Virus record (IMG/VR): IMGVR_UViG_3300037067_002734
Coordinates: 29,886 to 93,885 of that record
DNA from: a virus
Taxonomy: Duplodnaviria; Caudoviricetes
Strand: one strand, 5' to 3'
Length of the DNA: 64,000 nt
Under the pieces are notes generated by a model, which did no database searches, was not told the DNA's origin, and worked only from the letters and a program-made list of their open reading frames with translations. Within the stretch, counting starts at the first letter, position 1. Each line of letters begins with the position of its first letter. Both the position numbers and the translations under genes were made by a program. Of this stretch, positions 1-8,773 are shown piece after piece.

Positions 1-92
1 CTTCTATTATGGAATATCCAATGGAAACTTCATATGAAGGAGAATTTTTCGTACAAAATATAATAGTTATTACACAAAAAAGAAAGAAATAG
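1..92 (+). CDS. 3' end of a hypothetical protein running in from the window edge
   Basis: Open frame ...SIMEYPMETSYEGEFFVQNIIVITQKRKK* ending TAG at 90-92, just before the next ATG at 95. Confidence 0.55.
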   Translation, partial: SIMEYPMETSYEGEFFVQNIIVITQKRKK

Positions 93-94
93 TT

Positions 95-475
95 ATGAAT
101 AAAGAATTACAATTAGAAGAAGATGGAGATATTACTAATGAAGTAGGATATACTATCAGTAATAATATAGCAAAAGCTCCACCAATAATAGATACTGAAG
201 ATGAAAAATGTTACGCTAAAATAGTAATAACACAATGCAAAGATATTCAAAAAGAAAAATTTTATGTAAAAGGAACAAGATCTGGATTTTTATTGAATCC
301 ATTTGATAACTCAGAATCTGATAGACAAAGAAGAGTTTTTGGAAAAATTGGACAAGATGGATATTTTTTTGTTCCTATTACACAGGTGGGTTTTAAAAAT
401 TATTTAGAATATCTTCGTTCACAAAATTCAATGTATTATAAAAGAGCAGAATGGGAGCTTAAAAATGCCAATTAA
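95..475 (+). CDS. hypothetical phage protein
   Basis: 126-aa ORF overlapping the next gene; no recognisable motif. Confidence 0.75.
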   Translation: MNKELQLEEDGDITNEVGYTISNNIAKAPPIIDTEDEKCYAKIVITQCKDIQKEKFYVKGTRSGFLLNPFDNSESDRQRRVFGKIGQDGYFFVPITQVGFKNYLEYLRSQNSMYYKRAEWELKNAN

Positions 476-848
476 ATTACCAGAAGTTGTAAAAGAATAT
501 ATACAAAAATATAAAGATTTAAATCCTCAAGATTTAGCTAAAAAAATTAATATGAAGGGAATTGGAGCTAAAAAAATAGAGAAATATATAAAAGAATTAA
601 ATCAAGAAACCCCAACATCCAATATCGATGTAGCCCCAATTATTAAAGAACTATCTCCACCCCCTATTGATATTTCAGAATTAGCAGGCAGACATGAAAG
701 AGGTGGAGTATTAGTAATGACAGAAGTATTATCAGAAAACTTAGATGAAATTGCTAAAACTAAAAAAGAAGTATATGATTATAGAGGAAAGGTTGCTAGA
801 ATTAAAAAAGATAAACCAATTCCTAAGGGTATAAAAATTGACGATTAA
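465..848 (+). CDS. hypothetical phage protein (possible N-terminal HTH)
   Basis: 127-aa Lys-rich ORF in the operon. Confidence 0.7.
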   Translation: MPIKLPEVVKEYIQKYKDLNPQDLAKKINMKGIGAKKIEKYIKELNQETPTSNIDVAPIIKELSPPPIDISELAGRHERGGVLVMTEVLSENLDEIAKTKKEVYDYRGKVARIKKDKPIPKGIKIDD

Positions 849-864
849 TTAAAAGGAAAGTAAT

Positions 865-1032
865 ATGAAATTAGAATTATTATCAAATCAAATAAAATTA
901 ATCCCCGAAAGTATGTTCGAGGAAGAGTATCTAAGAAATTTTATGTCCAGTATGTCTTATGGACATTTTGAGCATATTCCAGATGTAGATATAGATAAAG
1001 TTTTATCATTAATTTTACCCAAAAGTATATGA
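865..1032 (+). CDS. small hypothetical protein (55 aa, not in ORF track)
   Basis: AAGGAAAG SD, then ATG at 865: MKLELLSNQIKLIPESMFEEEYLRNF...LPKSI*; stop overlaps next start (ATGA). Confidence 0.65.
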   Translation: MKLELLSNQIKLIPESMFEEEYLRNFMSSMSYGHFEHIPDVDIDKVLSLILPKSI

Positions 1033-1460
1033 ATAAATATATATCAGAGTGCGGGGCTGGAGAAATTACTGCTCAACAATATGTAATGGAGCAATTTCTA
1101 ATTATATTAGCCAGACAAGAACATTCTACTTTGCCTGATTTTTTCTGGAAAATTGATAAATATAAAAAATTATGGAAGAGACATGTACGGGCAATTAATG
1201 CCAGAATTAAGGAATATGGAGAGGTGCCTATGATTAGGGCACTACAAGATAAAAATTTAAGCAGGTTGCGTTCGTTTGATTATAAGGCCGCTTTTATGTG
1301 GAAGCCAATTTTAGAAAAGTATAAAAAAGAATATGATTTGGAATGTAAAGAGAAGTCAAACCAACCACATATGGGTGAAATTATTAATCCACATATTCGT
1401 TATAACTTCAATAATAATAATGAGTTAGGAAAATTAAAAGAATTAGATAATATAGGATAA
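1029..1460 (+). CDS. hypothetical phage protein
   Basis: 143-aa ORF coupled to recA. Confidence 0.75.
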   Translation: MNKYISECGAGEITAQQYVMEQFLIILARQEHSTLPDFFWKIDKYKKLWKRHVRAINARIKEYGEVPMIRALQDKNLSRLRSFDYKAAFMWKPILEKYKKEYDLECKEKSNQPHMGEIINPHIRYNFNNNNELGKLKELDNIG

Positions 1461-1462
1461 AA

Positions 1463-2443
1463 ATGAGGGAAGATTTAAGAAAAGATATTGAAAAGAAATA
1501 TGGTATTAATATTATCAGCAGTGCTAAACATATTGTTGATAATCCCAGAGATGTAATTTCAATTAGTCCTGCATTTGATATTGGATTGGGCGGTCCAATA
1601 CCCAAAGGGACTATGGCAATGTTCTCTGCATTATATTCCTATGGGAAAACTACTACTGCACTAACTTTTGCAGCTAATGCCCAAAAGGCAGGAATGGAAG
1701 TTTATTATGATAATATTGAACATAAACTACAAAGAAGGGATTTGTTGGGAATAAAAGGATTGGATATTGAGGCCCTTCATATTATCGAATCTGTTTCGGG
1801 TAAAATTCTTAGTGCTGAAGACCATTTACAAATAGAAGATAATATATTAAATAATGAAACTAATGTAATGGTTATTCAAGATTCTTCGTCGCAACTTTGT
1901 TCAGCAGAAGAATTTAGTTGTGAAATAGGTGAAAAGAAACGGGCTCCTGGTGCAGTTCTACTTGCACAATTTACCAAAAAAATGCAAAGTGTGTTACCAG
2001 TAAATAATAATATATTAGTTTGTATAGTCCATATGATTGCTAATACTGGGGGAATGTATGGAGGTTTAACAGAAAGCGGTGGAAATAAAATAAAATATGC
2101 TGCAAGTATGCATGTTCGTGCTAAAACAATGGAATACTTAAATGTTGGCAATAATGATCCATACGGACAAAAGGTTATATGGGAAATACAAAAATCTCCC
2201 ATAGGACCACCAAAATGTAAAATAGAAAGTTTTATTAGATATGGTATTGGAGTAGATGAACTTGCCGAACTTATAAATATAGGAGTTCAATTAGGTGTTG
2301 TAAAACAGGCAGGGGCATGGTTTAGTATCGAAGATAAAAAAGCCCAAGGTAATGAAAAACTATATAAATTAATTGAAGATGATACTGAATTATATAAAGT
2401 ATTAAAAGAAAAGGTGTATGAGATGGTTGGAATAAAATTATGA
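1463..2443 (+). CDS. recA: RecA/UvsX-family recombinase
   Basis: ISPAFDIGLGG, Walker A ..YSYGKTT, Walker B VIQDS, ESGGNKIKYAAS, GIGVDEL, GVVKQAGAWFS and QGNEK all match RecA motifs. Confidence 0.93.
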   Translation: MREDLRKDIEKKYGINIISSAKHIVDNPRDVISISPAFDIGLGGPIPKGTMAMFSALYSYGKTTTALTFAANAQKAGMEVYYDNIEHKLQRRDLLGIKGLDIEALHIIESVSGKILSAEDHLQIEDNILNNETNVMVIQDSSSQLCSAEEFSCEIGEKKRAPGAVLLAQFTKKMQSVLPVNNNILVCIVHMIANTGGMYGGLTESGGNKIKYAASMHVRAKTMEYLNVGNNDPYGQKVIWEIQKSPIGPPKCKIESFIRYGIGVDELAELINIGVQLGVVKQAGAWFSIEDKKAQGNEKLYKLIEDDTELYKVLKEKVYEMVGIKL

Positions 2444-2847
2444 AAGTAATTGATTTTGCTGGTTATACTCATAATTGGCCACCTCAAACATGTATCCCTG
2501 ATAATGAAGATACAAGACCTCGTTCTTCGCTCCATCTAAAATGTCGCAAATTATTACAAGAATTATATCCAACTCGTACACTATTTGAAGAAGTTCCTCT
2601 ACCAGGAACACAAATGAGTTTTGATTTCGTTCTTCTTCACAGAAAGATATGTATAGAAGTTCAAGGACAACAACATTTTGAAAATACATCTTTCTTTTTT
2701 AATAATAAATTTGAATTTGCTAAGGCCAAAAATCGCGATTCCACTAAGCATAAGTGGTGTGATACCAATGGGTTACGACTTATAGAACTTTTATATAATG
2801 AAACGGAAGAAGAATGGAAGAACAAAATATTGCAGATAAAAAATTAG
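2440..2847 (+). CDS. PD-(D/E)XK / Vsr-DUF559-like endonuclease
   Basis: FEEV..FDFVL..CIEVQGQQH..RD..K..WC motif. Confidence 0.75.
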   Translation: MKVIDFAGYTHNWPPQTCIPDNEDTRPRSSLHLKCRKLLQELYPTRTLFEEVPLPGTQMSFDFVLLHRKICIEVQGQQHFENTSFFFNNKFEFAKAKNRDSTKHKWCDTNGLRLIELLYNETEEEWKNKILQIKN

Positions 2848-3279
2848 AAGAAGCAAATCGTCTTATTGAAGAATATGTTAAAAAATTAGGTATCAATATT
2901 GTAGCTACTAATGATGATATTTCTAATTATTTTAATATGAGTGCCGAACAATTAAGAAGAATGTGATATTGCTAGTATATTATTAAATCAAAAATCTTCT
3001 CAGATACAAATAGAAATCAATTATCATACAAGAATTCAAAATTGGGCAAATGAAAATATTAATGCTCATATATCTGATAAACTTAAAAGGTATGGAGATA
3101 AATTTACTAAATATGAAACTAAAAGAATTTTAGCAATTCAAGAAAATGAATATACAAAAAAGTTACATACTATTTGTAGAACCTCTCAGGCTTATTTAGA
3201 TACACTAGAATATTTACCAATGTCTATCAAAAATCATGCAGATTTATTTATAAATCTTGCAAAATCAAAACGGAGATAA
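2814..3279 (+). pseudogene. frameshifted helical protein, probably a UvsY-like recombination mediator
   Basis: ATG 2814 reads MEEQNIADKKLEE...EQLRRM* (TGA 2964-2966); the +1 frame continues EECDIASILLNQK...NLAKSKRR* to 3279 and fills the gap exactly. The UvsY call rests on size, helical character and position next to recA. Confidence 0.6.
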
Positions 3280-3280
3280 T

Positions 3281-3646
3281 ATGGCAAAAACTACTTTACC
3301 TCAATTGTTAAAAAATGGAATAGAAAATGGTGACTGGTCCATTATTTGTTCTTTATATAAAAGTATTACGGGTTTAACTATTGAACCACCAAAAATAGTA
3401 AAAGTAAAAAATACTTTTGTAGATGATGGATCATTGGTAAAAAAAGAAAAACCAGAAGAAAAAAAATTATATAATCCTCCTAATCTAACTAATAGAAGAG
3501 ACCCCATTAGATATATTAAAGTTAAATGTGGTTGTGGTAAAGTAGATGAATTGCCAGAAGGAATAGCAAAAGTTTATCTCGCAAGGGGTGAAGATGCCCC
3601 CCAATATAAATGTCAAAGATGTATCTCAAGAAATAAACATGAATAA
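3281..3646 (+). CDS. hypothetical protein with C-terminal zinc ribbon
   Basis: CGCG...CQRC; ATG 3281 follows CGGAG SD. Confidence 0.7.
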   Translation: MAKTTLPQLLKNGIENGDWSIICSLYKSITGLTIEPPKIVKVKNTFVDDGSLVKKEKPEEKKLYNPPNLTNRRDPIRYIKVKCGCGKVDELPEGIAKVYLARGEDAPQYKCQRCISRNKHE

Positions 3647-5033
3647 ATTAAAAGATATCATCACAGAAAAGGTGGTATTAGCTGGATTATATAATCATGG
3701 AGCCGATTTATTTTATGAATTAGCTAGTATCGTAAACGCCGAAACATTTACTGATGAAACACATCAGGCAATGTTTGTTAGTTTGCGAGATCTATATTCA
3801 ATAAAAAATCTAAATAAGTTAGATGAACCATCTTTTTTTGCTACTCTAAATGAATTAGGTTATGGACATTTAATTGATAATAAAAATGAATTAACTCATT
3901 TAAAATCTATTATTAATACTTTTACAGAAAAAGAAAATATTCAATCTTGGTGTATAAAATTAAGAAAGTTGCAAACAGCAAGAGATTTAATTGATCAAGA
4001 AAAAGATGTAATTAAAAAATTAGAAAAAGTTGATGGTTCACAAAGTTTTGGAGAAATTTTAGGATTAGCAGAAGAACCTTTAATTAATTTTTCTCAATCA
4101 TTAGATATAAATAATAGAAATGATATAATTTTATTACATAATAAAATAGATGAATATCTAGATTATGTAGAAAATAATCCATGTGATATAGTAGGAATAA
4201 GTACCGGATATCCTATATTTGATGAAAGTATAGGAAGTGGTATGAGAAATGGCACCATAACATTAATGGGAGCAAGAACTGGATTTGGTAAATCTTTATT
4301 TTCTATAAATGTAGGAACTTATATATCGTCACAACTGAAGTTGCCAGTTCTTTATCTTGATACAGAAATGTCAGTTCCAGACCATCAGCCCCGTATTTTA
4401 TCATTACTTACTTATGATATGGATTTTAAAGTAGAAATTAGAGAAGTTGAAAGAGGTACCTATGTCAAATCTGAAAAGCAAAAACAAAGTATAAAAGAAG
4501 CTACTCAAATCTTCAAAAATTCACCATTTTTCTATAAAAATCTTAAAGGAGTACCATTTCAAGAACATCTACCAGTTATTAGAAAATTTATTTATAGAAA
4601 TGTTGGTCTAAAAAATAATGGAGAAGCCAATCCCTGTGTTATAATATATGATTATTTTAAATTACATGATATTAGTGATCTATCTCAAAATGTCCAAGAA
4701 AGACAGGTATTAAGAGATATGATGCAAAAAATTCATGATTTTGCTGGTAGATATAATTTTCCGGTATTAATGTTGACACAATTAAATAGAGATGGTATAG
4801 ACAAGGAGGATCAAGGGGTTATTAGGGGATCTGATAGTGCCTTAGATCCCGTAACTACATTTTGTATATTTAAGGAAAAAAGTGCAGATGAAATAAATGT
4901 TGATACACCAGAAAAAGGAAATTCTAAAATAAAAATATTGAAATCTAGACATGCAGAAAAACATAATCGCGGTAGTTATATATCATTTATGAAAATTGGC
5001 AAATATGGCAAAATTACAGAAATCAAACCTTAA
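3639..5033 (+). CDS. dnaB: replicative DNA helicase, DnaB family
   Basis: GISTGY, Walker A GARTGFGKS, LYLDTEM, IIYDY, LTQLNRDG, KSR; likely start MNKLK at 3639. Confidence 0.93.
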   Translation: MNKLKDIITEKVVLAGLYNHGADLFYELASIVNAETFTDETHQAMFVSLRDLYSIKNLNKLDEPSFFATLNELGYGHLIDNKNELTHLKSIINTFTEKENIQSWCIKLRKLQTARDLIDQEKDVIKKLEKVDGSQSFGEILGLAEEPLINFSQSLDINNRNDIILLHNKIDEYLDYVENNPCDIVGISTGYPIFDESIGSGMRNGTITLMGARTGFGKSLFSINVGTYISSQLKLPVLYLDTEMSVPDHQPRILSLLTYDMDFKVEIREVERGTYVKSEKQKQSIKEATQIFKNSPFFYKNLKGVPFQEHLPVIRKFIYRNVGLKNNGEANPCVIIYDYFKLHDISDLSQNVQERQVLRDMMQKIHDFAGRYNFPVLMLTQLNRDGIDKEDQGVIRGSDSALDPVTTFCIFKEKSADEINVDTPEKGNSKIKILKSRHAEKHNRGSYISFMKIGKYGKITEIKP

Positions 5034-6108
5034 ATATTCATTAGAAGTATCTGCTAAGGGATCATATTTAGCATCACAATATATAGATGAAATATTAACA
5101 CATTTTAATGTAGAATATAGATATAGTGGAAATCTAATTTTAGGAAAATGTCCTATTCATAATGGAGACAATACTACAGCTTTTAATTTATATCCAGATT
5201 CAGATAATGATGTTCCATGTACATGGGTATGTAATACTCACCAATGTCATAAAAAATATCCTAAGAATATCTATGGTTTAGTACAAGCTTTATTAATTAA
5301 AACAAAACCTGATACTACATACCAACAAGCTATGGATTGGGTTATGAATTTTGTTGGGTTAGTAAACACTTCAACAAACCCCAATTATCTGGATCATAGT
5401 AGATTTGATAAAATTTTCAAAATTAAAAGAGGAAGTGTAGTGAAAGAGCGGTGGGCTAGACAGGATATTAGAAAAAGTTTAATTATACCGGCTGATTATT
5501 ATTTAAAGAGACATTATACTGCCAATATATTATCTAAATATGACATTGGGGTGCATAAAAAGACGGGGCGAATTTATATTCCAATTTATGATAATGACTA
5601 TAAATTTGCAGTGGGTTTTACAAGTAGATCACAATATGAAAAATGTAGTAAATGTAGTAAATATCATGATAGACTTGCTCAATGCCCCCAAAAGACAAAT
5701 AAAATCTATGAAAAATGGGTGAATAGTCCACCAGGATTTAATAAAGGCAACTTCCTTTTTAATTATTGGTTTGCAAAACCATATATAAAACAAGACAAAT
5801 TAGCTATATTAGTTGAAGGGCCAGGAGATGTATTAAAATTAGAAGATAACAATATTCATCATGGTATTGCAACATTCGGCGTTTCTTTAACCCAAGAACA
5901 AAAATCCTATCTGGAAAGATTAGGTGTGACAAGCATCGTCTGTTTATATGATAATGATGAAGCAGGAATAAAAGCTAAAAATACTTTAGAAAGAGAATTA
6001 AATAGAAGTTTTAATTTATATTTTCCATCTTTTAAATCTAAAGATGTTGGAGATGCCACCCCCGAAGAACTATCTTTTATTAAAGATTATATTAAAAAAC
6101 TTATATAG
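5005..6108 (+). CDS. dnaG: DNA primase, DnaG family (zinc finger + TOPRIM)
   Basis: CPIHNGDN..CNTHQC zinc finger, GRIYIPIYD, LVEGPGD, YDNDEAG, KDVGD. Confidence 0.92.
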   Translation: MAKLQKSNLKYSLEVSAKGSYLASQYIDEILTHFNVEYRYSGNLILGKCPIHNGDNTTAFNLYPDSDNDVPCTWVCNTHQCHKKYPKNIYGLVQALLIKTKPDTTYQQAMDWVMNFVGLVNTSTNPNYLDHSRFDKIFKIKRGSVVKERWARQDIRKSLIIPADYYLKRHYTANILSKYDIGVHKKTGRIYIPIYDNDYKFAVGFTSRSQYEKCSKCSKYHDRLAQCPQKTNKIYEKWVNSPPGFNKGNFLFNYWFAKPYIKQDKLAILVEGPGDVLKLEDNNIHHGIATFGVSLTQEQKSYLERLGVTSIVCLYDNDEAGIKAKNTLERELNRSFNLYFPSFKSKDVGDATPEELSFIKDYIKKLI

Positions 6109-6116
6109 GAGAAATT

Positions 6117-6872
6117 ATGATTAAACTACTAGGTATATCGGCTCGAAAACAAGGAGGAAAAAATACTTCTGCAAATATCGTGGCAGGAACTATTTTACAT
6201 TCAGTTGGATATGTTACTTCTGTAGATCCAAATACTGGAGATTTATTGTTTTTGGATGATACTGGTAAAAATATAAAACTAGATATTGCCAGTAGAAATC
6301 CCATGGTCAAGGTATGGCTAGAAGAAAATATACATCCATTTGTTAAACTATATGATTTTGCAGATTCATTAAAAGAATTCTGTATAAATATGTTTGGATT
6401 ATTAGAAGAACAAGTTTATGGAACTGATGAGCAAAAAAATATTAAAACTAAATTTAAATGGAATATTTTTCGTAAATTTTTAAACAAAGATACATATGAA
6501 GAAGTAAATAAAAATAATTGCTGGAATAAATATATGACTGGCAGAGAATTTATGCAAGTCATGGGCACCGATATTATGAGAAGCATTTATAATGACTGTT
6601 GGGTAAATGATACTTTAAATAAGATTGATAAAGAAAAGGTAAGATATGCCATTGTGAGAGATATTAGATTCCCTAATGAAGTAGAAGGAATAGAACAAAA
6701 GGGTGGTATTGTTATAAGATTATTACGAAGTCCATTTAAAAATGAAGATTTACATTCAAGTGAATTAGCTTTAGATAATTATACATTCAAACATATATTA
6801 GATAATAGTGCAATGACAATTTCTCAACAAAGTGCTGCCTTAGCAGAAACTCTTAAAAATATTGGATGGTAA
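6117..6872 (+). CDS. deoxynucleoside monophosphate kinase (T4 gp1-like)
   Basis: GISARKQGGKNT P-loop, FADSLK, REFMQVMGTDIMR, DIRFPNE, HSSE. Confidence 0.88.
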   Translation: MIKLLGISARKQGGKNTSANIVAGTILHSVGYVTSVDPNTGDLLFLDDTGKNIKLDIASRNPMVKVWLEENIHPFVKLYDFADSLKEFCINMFGLLEEQVYGTDEQKNIKTKFKWNIFRKFLNKDTYEEVNKNNCWNKYMTGREFMQVMGTDIMRSIYNDCWVNDTLNKIDKEKVRYAIVRDIRFPNEVEGIEQKGGIVIRLLRSPFKNEDLHSSELALDNYTFKHILDNSAMTISQQSAALAETLKNIGW

Positions 6873-6873
6873 T

Positions 6874-6999
6874 ATGATCCATATTAGTGAATGTTTTTTT
6901 TGTCAAATTTGTTATAAGTGGTTTGCTGTAAACGACTTATGTCACGAAGAAATATGCGAAGAATGTTTAAAAGAATATACTGGAGAAAATAATGCCTGA
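6874..6999 (+). CDS. small Cys-rich protein (41 aa, not in ORF track)
   Basis: MIHISECFFCQICYKWFAVNDLCHEEICEECLKEYTGENNA* fills the gap. Confidence 0.5.
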   Translation: MIHISECFFCQICYKWFAVNDLCHEEICEECLKEYTGENNA

Positions 7000-7354
7000 A
7001 AAAATATGTGAGTGTGGACAAAAATGTCATGTTCGTGTAAAAATTTGCCCAAAATGTAATAAAGAATTTGAGAAAAAAATTAAAAAAGAAAAGGTAGAAA
7101 AAATAGATGAATCTATAACTGTAGGTAATTGGGCTAAAGATAAAACTAAAGGGCTTCCAGAAATTGTTATTCCTGAACCATTAATCGGAACATCGTTAAG
7201 TAATGAAGAAATTAAAAGTTATATTTCTTACGAGGGACTTGGCTACTGTCTCCTAACATATATTGATGCTAAAAAAATTAGTGATAATAAATTGAAAGAA
7301 TTATGGATTGATGCAAAGAGTAAACTTAAAGAAATTATACAATACTTATATTAA
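6992..7354 (+). CDS. hypothetical protein with N-terminal zinc ribbon
   Basis: CECG...CPKC. Confidence 0.7.
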   Translation: MPEKICECGQKCHVRVKICPKCNKEFEKKIKKEKVEKIDESITVGNWAKDKTKGLPEIVIPEPLIGTSLSNEEIKSYISYEGLGYCLLTYIDAKKISDNKLKELWIDAKSKLKEIIQYLY

Positions 7355-7365
7355 AAAAATAAATA

Positions 7366-8340
7366 ATGGATATATCATTCATAAGAAGTTCATCATATAA
7401 TTGTTGGGATATATGTCAATTTCAATATTATATAACATATGTTTTAGGATATGAATCAATATCAGGCATTGCTGCCAATCGAGGTACGGTTTTTCATAAA
7501 ATGATGGAATGTTTAGCAAAAGCAAAATATGCTGATCAAAATAACAAAAAAAGTATTTCAGATAGTGCTTTAGGTTCCATCAATATTCTAACTAAATCTA
7601 AACCATATACTAGTAATGCTTTTGTAGATAATATTATTACTAAGATATATAAATTTTATGATGAACAAGAACAAATTAATTTTACACAATCTGATAGAAA
7701 ATTATTAACAAAGTGGGTCTACAATGTTATTGATGATAAAAAATTTGATCCAAGAAATCTCAATATATTTGCTATAGAAAAACCATTTGATATAGAAATT
7801 AAACAAGATTGGGCAAAATTATCCAACAATAAGTATTTAAGAATTAAAGGAACAATGGATTTAGTAATAGAACACGATGGTTATTTAGAGTTATTAGATT
7901 GGAAATCTGGTAAAAAAATTGATTGGAAGACAGTTACTCCCAAAACTTTTAGTAATTTTATGGATGATTTTCAACTTCGATTATATCATTATGTTTTAAG
8001 AAATATATATCCAGAATATAAAAATATATTAGTAACCATCAACTATATTAATGATGGTGGAGCTATATCAATAGCCCACGACGATAAAAATATAATTGAA
8101 ACAGAGAATAGAATTAAAAAAAGATTTAATATTATTAAGAATTGTAAATCTCCAATATTAAAAAGTAATGGAACACATTTTTTCTGTAATAGAATATGTC
8201 AATATGGAAAAGAAAAGGTTGGAAAAGATACACAATGCCAATACTTATATCATATAACTAATGCATTGGGTTTAGAAAAAGCTGTATTAGAACTACGAAA
8301 AAAGGGATTTTCCATCGATTATTATGAAAAACCAGGATAA
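7366..8340 (+). CDS. Cas4/RecB-like PD-(D/E)XK exonuclease
   Basis: SSYNCWDIC, GTVFHKMME, IEKPF, KGTMDLV..LLDWKSG, QLRLY, and C-terminal Cys cluster (FCNRICQY..QC) as in Fe-S Cas4/AddB-type nucleases. Confidence 0.85.
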   Translation: MDISFIRSSSYNCWDICQFQYYITYVLGYESISGIAANRGTVFHKMMECLAKAKYADQNNKKSISDSALGSINILTKSKPYTSNAFVDNIITKIYKFYDEQEQINFTQSDRKLLTKWVYNVIDDKKFDPRNLNIFAIEKPFDIEIKQDWAKLSNNKYLRIKGTMDLVIEHDGYLELLDWKSGKKIDWKTVTPKTFSNFMDDFQLRLYHYVLRNIYPEYKNILVTINYINDGGAISIAHDDKNIIETENRIKKRFNIIKNCKSPILKSNGTHFFCNRICQYGKEKVGKDTQCQYLYHITNALGLEKAVLELRKKGFSIDYYEKPG

Positions 8341-8344
8341 TAAA

Positions 8345-8773
8345 ATGAATAATTTTCAATTAGATTTGTTTAATAAAGTCAAAGAAATAAGAGGCGAATA
8401 TAGACATACAGAAAACTCAAAAGAAATATATGGTATTCTTTCTGTTTTACTACATAATTTAGCTGGTCTTATTGTTGATATTGATGATGAAGGTTCTTCA
8501 ATAGAAGATTTATATCCGTTATTATTACAGATTGCTGCCGAATGTCAATATGGATGCGAACAAATAAAATTAACTGAACCACAATTAGAACAAGAACAAC
8601 AAGATACATTATATAAAAAGAAATATGAACAAGCCCATAAAATGTTGGAAACGATATATTCAACTATCCATAATTCATCTCCATATTATCATATTATCCA
8701 AAAAGGACAATCTCCGACTAGATATTATGAAATAAGTAATGATTTATTACATATGATGAAAGATGCAATATGA
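8345..8773 (+). CDS. hypothetical protein
   Basis: ORF coupled (ATGA) to dnaE-N. Confidence 0.7.
   Translation: MNNFQLDLFNKVKEIRGEYRHTENSKEIYGILSVLLHNLAGLIVDIDDEGSSIEDLYPLLLQIAAECQYGCEQIKLTEPQLEQEQQDTLYKKKYEQAHKMLETIYSTIHNSSPYYHIIQKGQSPTRYYEISNDLLHMMKDAI

Noticed and set aside
2964-2975. Stop-codon reassignment (TGA/TAG readthrough) to explain broken genes
   Set aside because: The same frame hits TAG three codons later, the continuation is in another frame, and all other genes are intact in the standard code.
7366-8340. Cas4 as evidence of a CRISPR-Cas system
   Set aside because: Stand-alone Cas4/RecB-like exonucleases are common in phage replication modules; no array or other cas genes are present.
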